From the NCBI GenBank assembly GCA_050010515.1, contig JBEKKX010000048.1, positions 1 through 16,658 of the forward strand: a stretch of DNA of 16,658 nt, written 5' to 3'. The position numbers and the translations under genes were made by a program. Under the pieces are notes generated by a model that was given only the letters and a program-made list of their open reading frames with translations, was not told the DNA's origin and did not search any database. This DNA is from Candidatus Bathyarchaeia archaeon (lineage in GTDB: Archaea; Thermoproteota; Bathyarchaeia; Bathyarchaeales; Bathycorpusculaceae). Below are positions 1 to 8,506 of this stretch, in pieces; position 1 is the first letter of the stretch; each line of letters begins with the position of its first letter.

Positions 1-376
1 GATCGCAAGCCTTATCCTAAGATCAACGTGCTACGGGTTATTGGGTGTTTCCGTATATCTCGTAGCCGGAATATGGTTCTTGGCTCCCGTACTAATTTTC
101 TATCCCCTTGCCGCCGGACTTGCCTATTCGATATACTACACCGCATCGAACACCATGGTGTTCAACGCGCTTGGACGAACAAATCAGGGTTCTTCCTTGG
201 GGGTCTACAGTGCACTGGTGGCAATCGCTACGATGGTTGGATCCCTAGTTTCGGGATTCTCCTCATTTTATCTCGGATTCTATACAACCTTCATAACCGC
301 CGCCGCATGCTTGGCGGTTTCAGCCTGGCTTATTTCGACATCAATTCATACGCAACCCGCGCAAACGAATGGCTGA
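1..376 (+). CDS. MFS transporter, C-terminal part (5'-truncated by window edge)
   Basis: Frame 2 is open from base 2 (IASLILRSTCYGLLGVSVYL...) to TGA at 374-376. It has about 4 hydrophobic helices and an MFS C-terminal pattern (QGSSLGVYSALVAIATMVGSLVSG). The TTG at 41 is probably internal. Confidence 0.75.
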   Translation, partial: IASLILRSTCYGLLGVSVYLVAGIWFLAPVLIFYPLAAGLAYSIYYTASNTMVFNALGRTNQGSSLGVYSALVAIATMVGSLVSGFSSFYLGFYTTFITAAACLAVSAWLISTSIHTQPAQTNG

Positions 377-403
377 TGGCGTAGATGCTGCTAAAAGCGC
401 GCT

Positions 404-633
404 GGCTTGTCCCTTTAATGGTTAAAAATGGTTAAAAGTCGTCTTTTTGGGATGTTCAAGTGATAGACTTATTTTTGAGAACATAGCGCGGCTGGGTCTG
501 AGCTTTTGTTTTCCATGGTGCCCAATTCGCCGGTAAAGTACGAACTATTCCGTAAGAGATTAAACAGCTCAAATTTGCCCCCAAATCAAAAAATAAGAGT
601 TATAACCATTTTACACCAATTTCGGGACAAAGC
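404..633. mobile_element. MITE-like non-autonomous element (230 bp) with imperfect 47-bp TIRs and 8-bp flanking duplication AGCGCGCT
   Basis: 404-450 matches the reverse complement of 587-633 at 34/47 positions, ungapped (GGCTTGTCCC.. / GCTTTGTCCC..). AGCGCGCT lies at 396-403 and 634-641. No long ORF inside; it sits between convergent genes. Confidence 0.6.
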
Positions 634-718
634 AGCGCGCTGGTAAAAATATGCCCAGAGTATGGCTGGCGAGAGCTCGAAACTCTCTTAGACTACGTTA
701 AACCCCAGTCTGGCTTAA

Positions 719-925
719 TTATACTTCTTCTCTGATAGTATTGGTTCTCTTTGGATAACGTATTACTGAATAAATGCAGACCGACTCAATTATTAAAGTG
801 AGAGCAACTAGTTCAAAAAAATTGATTACATTATCAATTGTAAGCAATGCTGCAACTATTTCAGCGAACAGGAAGGCAATAAATATCAGAAATTTTGTTA
901 GCCAGGCTTGCATTACAATTCTCAC
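719..925 (-). CDS. Small hypothetical membrane protein (2 predicted TM helices)
   Basis: 68-aa ORF with two hydrophobic stretches and a basic C-terminal tail. ATG at 913 is an alternative start. No recognisable family. Confidence 0.5.
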   Translation of the reverse strand: MRIVMQAWLTKFLIFIAFLFAEIVAALLTIDNVINFFELVALTLIIESVCIYSVIRYPKRTNTIREEV

Positions 926-1080
926 CGCTTCATGATTGTTTTGACTTGCTTAAAAAATTTGGTAAGTTAAAAGCTGAACACACAATACCATTAGACAACA
1001 CTCTTTTCGTTAGCTAAATATCCCATTTTTCTTGAGTAAAAGGATTCAAACGGTGGCATGTGACTTATACTTAAGCATTT

Positions 1081-1150
1081 ATAAACGGAAAGAAACGCGA
1101 ATAAACGCAAAACAACGCAGAAACACGCAGAAAAACGCAAGCAAACCAAA
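1081..1150. repeat. Degenerate tandem array of seven 10-bp units, consensus about AAAAACGCAA
   Basis: ataaacggaa/agaaacgcga/ataaacgcaa/aacaacgcag/aaacacgcag/aaaaacgcaa/gcaaaccaaa in exact 10-bp register. Confidence 0.8.
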
Positions 1151-1243
1151 AATTGGCAGCTAAAAACACACTTTAAAAATTAAAACTTATTGAAAAATGA
1201 AAAAGCTCAGGTCGCCCATTTTGCATTGATTTAGGGTTTAGGA

Positions 1244-1255
1244 ATAAAGAAAAAA
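1244..1255 (-). terminator. Possible oligo-T terminator of the hydrogenase operon
   Basis: TTTTTTCTTT on the minus strand about 60 nt after the nuoN-like stop; archaeal terminators are typically U-rich tracts. Confidence 0.3.
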
Positions 1256-1313
1256 GGTGAGGAAAGTCTATCTTGTGTGGGTATTTGCCTGCTTGTGGTT
1301 AAGCCGAGTTTTC

Positions 1314-2822
1314 TTATACTGTTGGTAGATTTGGTATAATTGATTGGAGTTGGTGTACAACGGGGTGGATTAGGTTCAGCACGATGCTTGGGAACAGGCC
1401 CAAGATTATTAATGAACCAGCCAGGATGAAGATTGGGATAAGTATCCGTTTTGACTCTTTTACCGCTGCCTCGTCTTTGGATTTCTTTCCGTACATGACA
1501 AAGATTAGCCTGAACAAGTACGCGGCTTGAAGGACACTTGTCAAAACGCCGATAACCGCTAGCCAGCTTAGGTTCGCTTCTATTGCGGAAGTGAAGACTA
1601 AGTATTTACCTATGAACCCTCCGAAGGGTGGAACACCCGCAAATGAAAGCCCAGCCATCACCAAGGCTAAACATGCAAGCGGCATTTTCTTTCCTAGCCC
1701 TGAGAAGTCGTCTAAGCTTTTGAATCCGTGACTGTTTATGATGCCAATTGTCATGAAAGCGAGGGCTGTGGTTATGCCGCCGATTAAAAAGAAGTAAAGG
1801 TTGCCAAGTAAGCCAAGTGCGGTTACACTGGATATTGCCACAAGGTTATAGCCGATGTCTGCGACGCAGATGTATGCCATTAAACGTTTTACGTCATTCT
1901 GTATTAAGGCAAACAAGTTGCCGACAATCATGGTTAACGCGGCCATGACGGCTAACATGATAGTCCAGTTTATCGTTGAGGGAAGTAAGATGTACAAGAG
2001 TACTCTTATGAGGATGTAGTAGCTGCCTTGGTCAACGAGGGCTGAGAGAAAAGCCGTTGATGGCGCTGGAGCTGCCGTGTAAGCGTCAGGTAACCAGAAA
2101 TGGAAAGGCACAATTGCCGATTCAATAGCGTAGCCAGCTGCTATGAATACGAATGCTATGATAAGCAAGTGATTACTACTTAAAACTGATAAATCGTGGC
2201 CAACTGCCAGGTAGTTTAGGGTTCCTGTTAAACCGTAGACGATGGACATCCCGAAGACTACGAATGCTGAAGCGATGATGATCATGATGAGATATTTTAG
2301 TGTGGCATTGATGGAGAACGCGTTTTTCTTGAATAGCATTAAGAATGCTGCGCCTGCTGTTGCGACTTCCCAGAATATAAAGAGCGTTAATAGGTCGCCT
2401 GCGAGGACGGCGCCAAGTACGCCCGCAGTGGTCATTAGCATGATGGCGAAGTATCGTTCTGATGGTCTGTCGTTTGAGCCGACGGAGAACACTGTGTAGA
2501 TTACGACTACGGCGCTGAGTGCCACTATGATTATTGCCATGTAAATGGAGATGGCGTCTATCAAGAAGGCGCTTGAGAAAATTGATGAAGTACTCCCGCT
2601 TAAGCCCAAGGTAACAATGCTCGGTGAGGGGACACTGTAATAGTTTAGCGCTAAGTTAGCTACTGTTGCGCCTGCAATTGCAAACACGGCTATGAACCAG
2701 CCCAAGGTCAGGGCAGTCTTGTTATTGCTTTTTCTTATTAGCCTGAACACTGGAATAGTTAGTAATGCTGCGATAGCTAGAGTAAATATCGGTAATAAGA
2801 CATCGATTATTTCAACCATCAA
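1314..2822 (-). CDS. nuoN: NuoN/FpoN-like antiporter-type membrane subunit of Fpo-like group 4 hydrogenase
   Basis: About 14 TM; motifs FIFWE, PFHFWLPDAY, DVKRLMAY, LSFAGVPPFGGFIGK; last gene of the A-N series. Confidence 0.9.
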   Translation of the reverse strand: MMVEIIDVLLPIFTLAIAALLTIPVFRLIRKSNNKTALTLGWFIAVFAIAGATVANLALNYYSVPSPSIVTLGLSGSTSSIFSSAFLIDAISIYMAIIIVALSAVVVIYTVFSVGSNDRPSERYFAIMLMTTAGVLGAVLAGDLLTLFIFWEVATAGAAFLMLFKKNAFSINATLKYLIMIIIASAFVVFGMSIVYGLTGTLNYLAVGHDLSVLSSNHLLIIAFVFIAAGYAIESAIVPFHFWLPDAYTAAPAPSTAFLSALVDQGSYYILIRVLLYILLPSTINWTIMLAVMAALTMIVGNLFALIQNDVKRLMAYICVADIGYNLVAISSVTALGLLGNLYFFLIGGITTALAFMTIGIINSHGFKSLDDFSGLGKKMPLACLALVMAGLSFAGVPPFGGFIGKYLVFTSAIEANLSWLAVIGVLTSVLQAAYLFRLIFVMYGKKSKDEAAVKESKRILIPIFILAGSLIILGLFPSIVLNLIHPVVHQLQSIIPNLPTV

Positions 2823-2835
2823 AGTTCACCTTCAG

Positions 2836-4383
2836 TTAACCAATCCTCACCGTTTGAATTAGATTTAGGAAGAATGTCGGGTAGATCCCTACAAGGATGA
2901 TTAATACGACTAAGATAGCGAAAGATAGCTTCATGTAGTTTGAAACTTCAAGAGTTTGCTTTTCCTCTTTGCCCTCTTCGCTTACTTCGCCCTCTTGGTC
3001 TTTTGGTTGACCGAGGAAGACTTTTGAAGTGAATCTCAGCATGTAAGCAAGCGAAATCACCGTTGCTATGAGCATAAGAGCAGTGGGGATGATGTAAAAT
3101 GAATCAACATGTATTATTTGGAATGCCCCGACGAATATTAGAAATTCACTAATGAAACATGCGAACGGTGGCGCTCCACCAATGCTTAAGGCTGCAATAG
3201 TTGATGAAACCGCCGTAAACGGCATCTTGGATGCTAATCCACCCATTTTACGGATATCTCTTTTTTCCGTTTGGTGCATTACCCCGCCTGCACCGAGGAA
3301 GAGAAGACCTTTGCTTAAGGCGTGGCTGATAATATGAAGCACAGTTCCCGTTATTGCAAGCGATGAAGCCAAAAGTACAACTACTCCAGCAGCCGCGTTT
3401 ACAGGAAACAGTGAAAGCCCAAACATTATGTAACCCATATGGGCGATACTTGAGTATGCGATAAGCCGTTTTATGTCAGTTGCAACCAATGCAATGAAAG
3501 ACCCAAAGAAAGCCGAAAGCACGCCGACAATGGCTAACGCATGTAAGAAGTCTGTTCCAAACGTTATCCCAACCGCTGGAAAAACCATTCCCAATGACAG
3601 ACGAAGAATTGCGTAAGCCCCTGCACTAATTATGACACCGCTTAAAAGCGCTGACATTGGTGCTGGCGCTTCAGAGTGAGCATCGGGCAGCCACATGTGG
3701 ACTGGTATAACAGCCATTTTAACGGCGAATCCAGCGGTTAAGGCGATAATAATCCACTTTACGAGAGTTGGGCTAGCCGTCAGTAGTGCAGTTTGGGCTT
3801 GAAACATGTCGGTGGTACCTGTTGCTATGTAAGTTGCGCCGATGCCTAAGAGTACGAAGACGGCGCCTGCATGTGTGAATATGAAGAATTTGAATGCTTG
3901 CTTGTATGAGTCTTTGTATCCCCATTCGCCGATGATGAAGAATGCTGGGACAAGCATTAGTTCCCAACAGAAGTAGAACAGCACAAGGTTAGATGTTATG
4001 AAAACTCCCGTTAAACCGACAGAAAGCATGCATAACAGTGCATAGTAAACGGGTAAGTTCTTTTTTCCAGCCATGTAAGTTATTGAGAAAAGAGCTGCTA
4101 CGAGCATAAGGACAAGAGCAATTAGGGCAATGGAAACGCTGATGCCGTCGGTGAAAAGCGTGAATGAAGTATGTATTACCGTGATCCACGTGTAAGTTTC
4201 AACATAGCGATGGGTTGAGCTGTTGAGAACGGTGGGAACAGTCGTTAAAAGTAACGCCATGTTAACCAAGGCAATTAGAGCAACAAAGATCGCCGCGGCT
4301 TTAGGCGATTTCTTTCCAGTAAGGTAAACAAACGGTATGCTTAGAGTCGGAATTGCAAATACTGCTAGAAGAGCAAAAGTCAT
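2836..4383 (-). CDS. nuoM: NuoM/FpoM-like antiporter-type membrane subunit
   Basis: Motifs FYFCWELMLVP, FAVKMAVIPVHMWLPDAHSEAP, DIKRLIAYSSIAHMG, FISEF. Confidence 0.92.
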   Translation of the reverse strand: MTFALLAVFAIPTLSIPFVYLTGKKSPKAAAIFVALIALVNMALLLTTVPTVLNSSTHRYVETYTWITVIHTSFTLFTDGISVSIALIALVLMLVAALFSITYMAGKKNLPVYYALLCMLSVGLTGVFITSNLVLFYFCWELMLVPAFFIIGEWGYKDSYKQAFKFFIFTHAGAVFVLLGIGATYIATGTTDMFQAQTALLTASPTLVKWIIIALTAGFAVKMAVIPVHMWLPDAHSEAPAPMSALLSGVIISAGAYAILRLSLGMVFPAVGITFGTDFLHALAIVGVLSAFFGSFIALVATDIKRLIAYSSIAHMGYIMFGLSLFPVNAAAGVVVLLASSLAITGTVLHIISHALSKGLLFLGAGGVMHQTEKRDIRKMGGLASKMPFTAVSSTIAALSIGGAPPFACFISEFLIFVGAFQIIHVDSFYIIPTALMLIATVISLAYMLRFTSKVFLGQPKDQEGEVSEEGKEEKQTLEVSNYMKLSFAILVVLIILVGIYPTFFLNLIQTVRIG

Positions 4384-4387
4384 TTCA

Positions 4388-6289
4388 TTACACCCCTACC
4401 GTCAATATTATCAGCACCACGATTAGTATGAGACCAACTATTCCTGCAGCAATGTAATTTTGAACAGTTGTGGATGGCACTTTTTTCAGCTTTGAAGAAG
4501 CTCGCACAAACCAGCCTGCAAAGGAGTTTAATCCCAGATTCGCCGAATCATCAACATATTTAAGGCCGTCAGAAAACTTTCCGATTCCTGTGGCCACGGC
4601 ATAGTAGATATCGTCAAAGAAGAAAGCGTGATTTAGCATTGTGGCAATTGGATTTGAACCGCCACCAATATTTCTCACGCCCATGTAGTTCTTGTAGTAA
4701 CTCCAGTACAGAAGTAATCCAGTCGGCACGAGCAGCGCTAGGAAAATGGGTGTTTCTATGTTAGTGAATGAGCCGAGGAGTGTGAGTCCAAGGTTTACAT
4801 GCATAAAAGTCGTTACCAGAGGCTCAGCAAAACCCCAAACAATGCATAGGCCTGCAAGTACCGCAGCTGGGATTAGCATAACTTTTGGAGCTTCATGCGG
4901 ATGCTGTTTGACTAAGTGTTCTGATTCTTTGCCCATGAAAACTAAGCTTAACATCCGTATCACGTAAGCAAACGTAATTGCCGTTGTGGCATAAAGCAGG
5001 ATTGCCTCTGCCAGGTACCCTGCACCAGTTACGCTGGTAATGATTAAACCTTTACTGAAGAATGCAGCAAAAGGAGGCAGACCGCTAGTAGTTATAACCA
5101 TTATCACCATCAAAGCGAAGGTGACGGGCATAGCTTTCCTTAAGCCACCCATCAACCGCATGTCTCTAGTACCAAGTGCATGAATGATGCCTCCTGCAAG
5201 GAGGAACCCGAGGCCTTCGAAGAAAGCATGGCTTACCATTTGGAATAAACTTGCGAACCAACCGACAGATGCAGCCCCGTTAAAAGCTGAACCTAGAGCA
5301 GCCATCATGAAACCGAGTTGACTAACAGTTGAGTAGGCAAGAACCCCTTTGATGTCAGTTGTGGTTAAAGCCAGCGTAGCGCCGACAATCGCCGTTAAGG
5401 TCCCTATCCAAGCGACCGTTGGCAACCAGTACGGCTGAAGCGCAATCATTAAGGGAGCAACTGCTGCAGCGATAAGGATGAATCTTGCAAGAAGGTAGAT
5501 ACCTGCCTTAACCATTGTGGCAGCGTGCAAGAGGGCGCTGACTGAAGTTGGTGCCTCCATAGCGCTGTAGAGCCAAGTGAACAATGGAAGCTGAGCGGAC
5601 TTTGCTATTGCGCCGCCTAAAGCAAAGAAGAAAACCGTAACCATAAGTCCCGTATTCAAAGTTCCTGCAGCCGCAGCTGATTGCATGTCACTAATTATTC
5701 CATGGAAACTGAAGGTTCCAAAACTCATGTAAAGAATCCCGATTGCTGCAAGCAGGGATATGTCGCCGATACGGGTCATAATGAAAACTTTATTGCCTGC
5801 ATTAACTGATTCTGGCCGTTTAAACCAGAAAGCAACTAACGCGTAAGAGCATAAGCCCACCATTTCCCAGAAAATAAACATTTGAAGCATGTTATCTGAG
5901 ATTACAAGGCCTATCATTGAGCCTATGAAAAGCAGAATTAGGAAGTAGTATCGCGATAATCCTTCTTCACCTTTCATGTAACCCCAAGAGTAGACGGCGA
6001 TAATTAACCCGAAGAAGGCAACAAGGCACGTGAACAGCACCGACAGCGGATCAATGTATACTCCAGCACTGATGCCTGCAATCCAAGGAATTGTCGATTC
6101 TGTTGGTTGCCCATTGCCGAAAAAGATGCCTGGTACAAGTGAAAACGCAAAGGCTGCGGTAACTACTGCGACTGCTATGACAAAGTAGTTTCGAACTTTG
6201 TCGCCTTTTTTTGCGATTAGGGGAACGAACACGCATGCAACAAGCGGAAATACCCAAACAAGCCATGCGGAAATAACATCAAACGCCAT
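4388..6289 (-). CDS. nuoL: NuoL/FpoL-like antiporter-type membrane subunit
   Basis: Motifs FWEMVGLCSY, TRIGD, AKSAQLPLFTWLYSAMEAPTSVSALLHAATMV, LAYSTVSQLG; C-terminal amphipathic segment plus final TM. Confidence 0.93.
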   Translation of the reverse strand: MAFDVISAWLVWVFPLVACVFVPLIAKKGDKVRNYFVIAVAVVTAAFAFSLVPGIFFGNGQPTESTIPWIAGISAGVYIDPLSVLFTCLVAFFGLIIAVYSWGYMKGEEGLSRYYFLILLFIGSMIGLVISDNMLQMFIFWEMVGLCSYALVAFWFKRPESVNAGNKVFIMTRIGDISLLAAIGILYMSFGTFSFHGIISDMQSAAAAGTLNTGLMVTVFFFALGGAIAKSAQLPLFTWLYSAMEAPTSVSALLHAATMVKAGIYLLARFILIAAAVAPLMIALQPYWLPTVAWIGTLTAIVGATLALTTTDIKGVLAYSTVSQLGFMMAALGSAFNGAASVGWFASLFQMVSHAFFEGLGFLLAGGIIHALGTRDMRLMGGLRKAMPVTFALMVIMVITTSGLPPFAAFFSKGLIITSVTGAGYLAEAILLYATTAITFAYVIRMLSLVFMGKESEHLVKQHPHEAPKVMLIPAAVLAGLCIVWGFAEPLVTTFMHVNLGLTLLGSFTNIETPIFLALLVPTGLLLYWSYYKNYMGVRNIGGGSNPIATMLNHAFFFDDIYYAVATGIGKFSDGLKYVDDSANLGLNSFAGWFVRASSKLKKVPSTTVQNYIAAGIVGLILIVVLIILTVGV

Positions 6290-6603
6290 TATTGTTCAGC
6301 CTCACTGCCCTTTTTTTCTTGCATTTTAAGTATTTCATTGATGTTACTTGTTCCATACTTTTTCGTTACAATAACCAACAAAGCTAGAACTACCCCGCTA
6401 ACAGCAGTATCTGTAGAAAACGCCAATATCAGAAAGGCTTGTCCTAAACCTTGACTCGCGGAAGAAGCAAGCATCACAAAATTCAACGTTGCGGCAGTAG
6501 CGATTAGCTCTACTGAAATGAAGACTTTCAAAAGTTGCCGATTAGTCAGCAAACCGTAGATGCCGATTGCCAGCATTACAAGTGACAGTATAACAAAGTC
6601 CAT
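6289..6603 (-). CDS. nuoK: NuoK/FpoK-like subunit
   Basis: 104 aa, 3 TM, IGIYGLL..R and ISVEL motifs; lies between the J- and L-like genes with TAATG overlaps. Confidence 0.85.
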   Translation of the reverse strand: MDFVILSLVMLAIGIYGLLTNRQLLKVFISVELIATAATLNFVMLASSASQGLGQAFLILAFSTDTAVSGVVLALLVIVTKKYGTSNINEILKMQEKKGSEAEQ

Positions 6604-7064
6604 TATTTCCCAACGCTCCTCCGCTCATACAAAATAATAGCGATTCCCAATGCCACCGTAAAAATAACTAGAGCTTGTAAAACAACGTCCACGCCGCTTA
6701 AGTTCCATAAGGCATCGCCAAAAGAAGCATCGGAATATACACCTGTTGAACTGGAAACTGAAAGAAAGATTGCAGGCAATGATAAAACTACGCCTGCACC
6801 AATCAAGGCTGCAAGCTTTTTAGGCGATGTTTTCTTTGTAGATTTATCACTCAACATTTCTCCTGATAAGAACAGGATGGCTAATGTGCCTACACCGACG
6901 ACGAACTGGAAAATAGCTGCATAAATCGCGCCGTTTACATAGTAAAGTAATGCTGTGAAAAGAAATGTTCCCGCTAGAGCAGCAACAGAATATACAACTT
7001 CGTCAAGGAACAGCGCCAAGCAAGCGGAAACTAGCAAGCCTATTGAGAGGATTTCAAGGATCAT
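6603..7064 (-). CDS. nuoJ: NuoJ/FpoJ-like subunit
   Basis: 153 aa, 5 TM, VVYS and A.FQ..VGVG pattern, 'FGDALW' segment before the last TM; position between I and K. Confidence 0.82.
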   Translation of the reverse strand: MILEILSIGLLVSACLALFLDEVVYSVAALAGTFLFTALLYYVNGAIYAAIFQFVVGVGTLAILFLSGEMLSDKSTKKTSPKKLAALIGAGVVLSLPAIFLSVSSSTGVYSDASFGDALWNLSGVDVVLQALVIFTVALGIAIILYERRSVGK

Positions 7065-7510
7065 TGTTTCGCATCTTCCTTAGCGTTTAGTTGAGGCTTT
7101 ATAATTAATGACGATTTATCGGTTGTGGCTAACTCGTATTCACCTGAGCCTTTTATCGCATTTCTGGGGCAGCTTTCAACACATTGATTACAGAAAATGC
7201 ATTTGTTAAAGTCGAATTGCGGGCGTTTTTTACCGTCAACCTCCACTATTTCAATTGCATTTGCTGGGCAATCTCTGGCGCATACAGTACAATTTGTATT
7301 GATAAGTGACTGTATATCAAAACAGAGCTCGCCTGTACCGCTGAGATCTATCATGTTACATGATTTAATAGTATAAACCGGCTTACCTCGGAAATCCTCG
7401 GGAAGCTTAGGTTTCACGAAGGGATACTTTGTTGTGGCTGGTTTGGTGAAGATATGCGAAACAGTTCTTTTCCACATTGGAGATAAACGTGATTTCTTTG
7501 TCTTCGGCAT
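7061..7510 (-). CDS. nuoI: NuoI/EchF-like ferredoxin-type Fe-S subunit
   Basis: T..YP....P..FRG N-terminus; second motif CIFCNQCVESCP is canonical; first motif is interrupted (C-x22-CTVCARDCP). Confidence 0.88.
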   Translation of the reverse strand: MPKTKKSRLSPMWKRTVSHIFTKPATTKYPFVKPKLPEDFRGKPVYTIKSCNMIDLSGTGELCFDIQSLINTNCTVCARDCPANAIEIVEVDGKKRPQFDFNKCIFCNQCVESCPRNAIKGSGEYELATTDKSSLIIKPQLNAKEDAKQ

Positions 7511-7513
7511 TTT

Positions 7514-8500
7514 TTACACCAGCGGATACACCCATGTTACCATTGCTACGGTTAGCATTAGCGATAATATTGCTGCGGGTAAGATTATCCTCCAGTTAGC
7601 TGACAATACTTGGTCTATGCGCAATCTTGCAAAAAGAGTTGTTATGTACTCAGTAACTATTACAACCGCCAACAGCTTGAGTACAAACCACAAGGAATAC
7701 CAGAACGCCGGCAACCCAAAGAATACCGGTCCATGTGGTCCGTCAAGGAACAATTCAACCACCAAGGCTGCTCCGAAAACAATCTGTACGCTACGTGTCA
7801 AGTGGAGAAAGGCTAATTTACCACCTGTGTATTCGGTTTCTAATCCGCCGACCAATTCGCTTTCTGCATCAGGAACATCAAAGGGGTCTTTTTCCAGCTC
7901 TGCCTGCATGGCTATTATGAACAGCACGAAAGCCCACGGCGCTAAAAGTATGTATGGAACTGTCTGGCTTGAGGCTATGACGAATATGCTTAAGCTTCCA
8001 GCGATAAATGCCGGTGTTAACGCAAGCAAGAAAAGCGGTATATCATAACCTAAGAACTGGGTTAACACTCTTGCTGAACTAATAGTGCCATAAGGATTGC
8101 ACGATGCCCATCCTGAAAGGAACAACAGAAAACTAGCAATTGTAGAGAATGTCAAAATAAGAATTAAGTCACCGTTAAACCCAGTTGTGGAAAGTACGCT
8201 TGCACCATCAATAGGCAAGAAACATATTGCGAAAACCATAATTGTAAAGGCTATAAGGGGTGCAAACTTGAAAACGGTTTTTTTAGCATCTCTTGGTTCA
8301 ATTTCTTCTTTTGTTAATAGCTTTATGAAGTCTGCTAATGGCTGAAGAATTCCACCTGGTCCTGCAACCATGGGTCCAACGCGGTTTTGTAAGCGTGCTT
8401 CGAGTTTTCGCTCTACCCACTCGCAGAATAAAGTTAACAGTAATATGAATGTGAAGCCAGGGAAGATTAGTATTCTGAGGATCAAGTCGAAATCAATCAT
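7514..8500 (-). CDS. nuoH: NuoH/FpoH-like membrane anchor subunit
   Basis: ERKLEARLQNRVGP, GILQPLADFIKLLTKE, PFDVPDAESELVGGLETEYTG, ARLRIDQ. Confidence 0.95.
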   Translation of the reverse strand: MIDFDLILRILIFPGFTFILLLTLFCEWVERKLEARLQNRVGPMVAGPGGILQPLADFIKLLTKEEIEPRDAKKTVFKFAPLIAFTIMVFAICFLPIDGASVLSTTGFNGDLILILTFSTIASFLLFLSGWASCNPYGTISSARVLTQFLGYDIPLFLLALTPAFIAGSLSIFVIASSQTVPYILLAPWAFVLFIIAMQAELEKDPFDVPDAESELVGGLETEYTGGKLAFLHLTRSVQIVFGAALVVELFLDGPHGPVFFGLPAFWYSLWFVLKLLAVVIVTEYITTLFARLRIDQVLSANWRIILPAAILSLMLTVAMVTWVYPLV

Positions 8501-8506
8501 TCAGCA

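Noticed and set aside
28-384. Alternative + strand 118-aa ORF
   Set aside because: Overlaps the MFS frame, which has a coherent TM pattern; this translation looks random.
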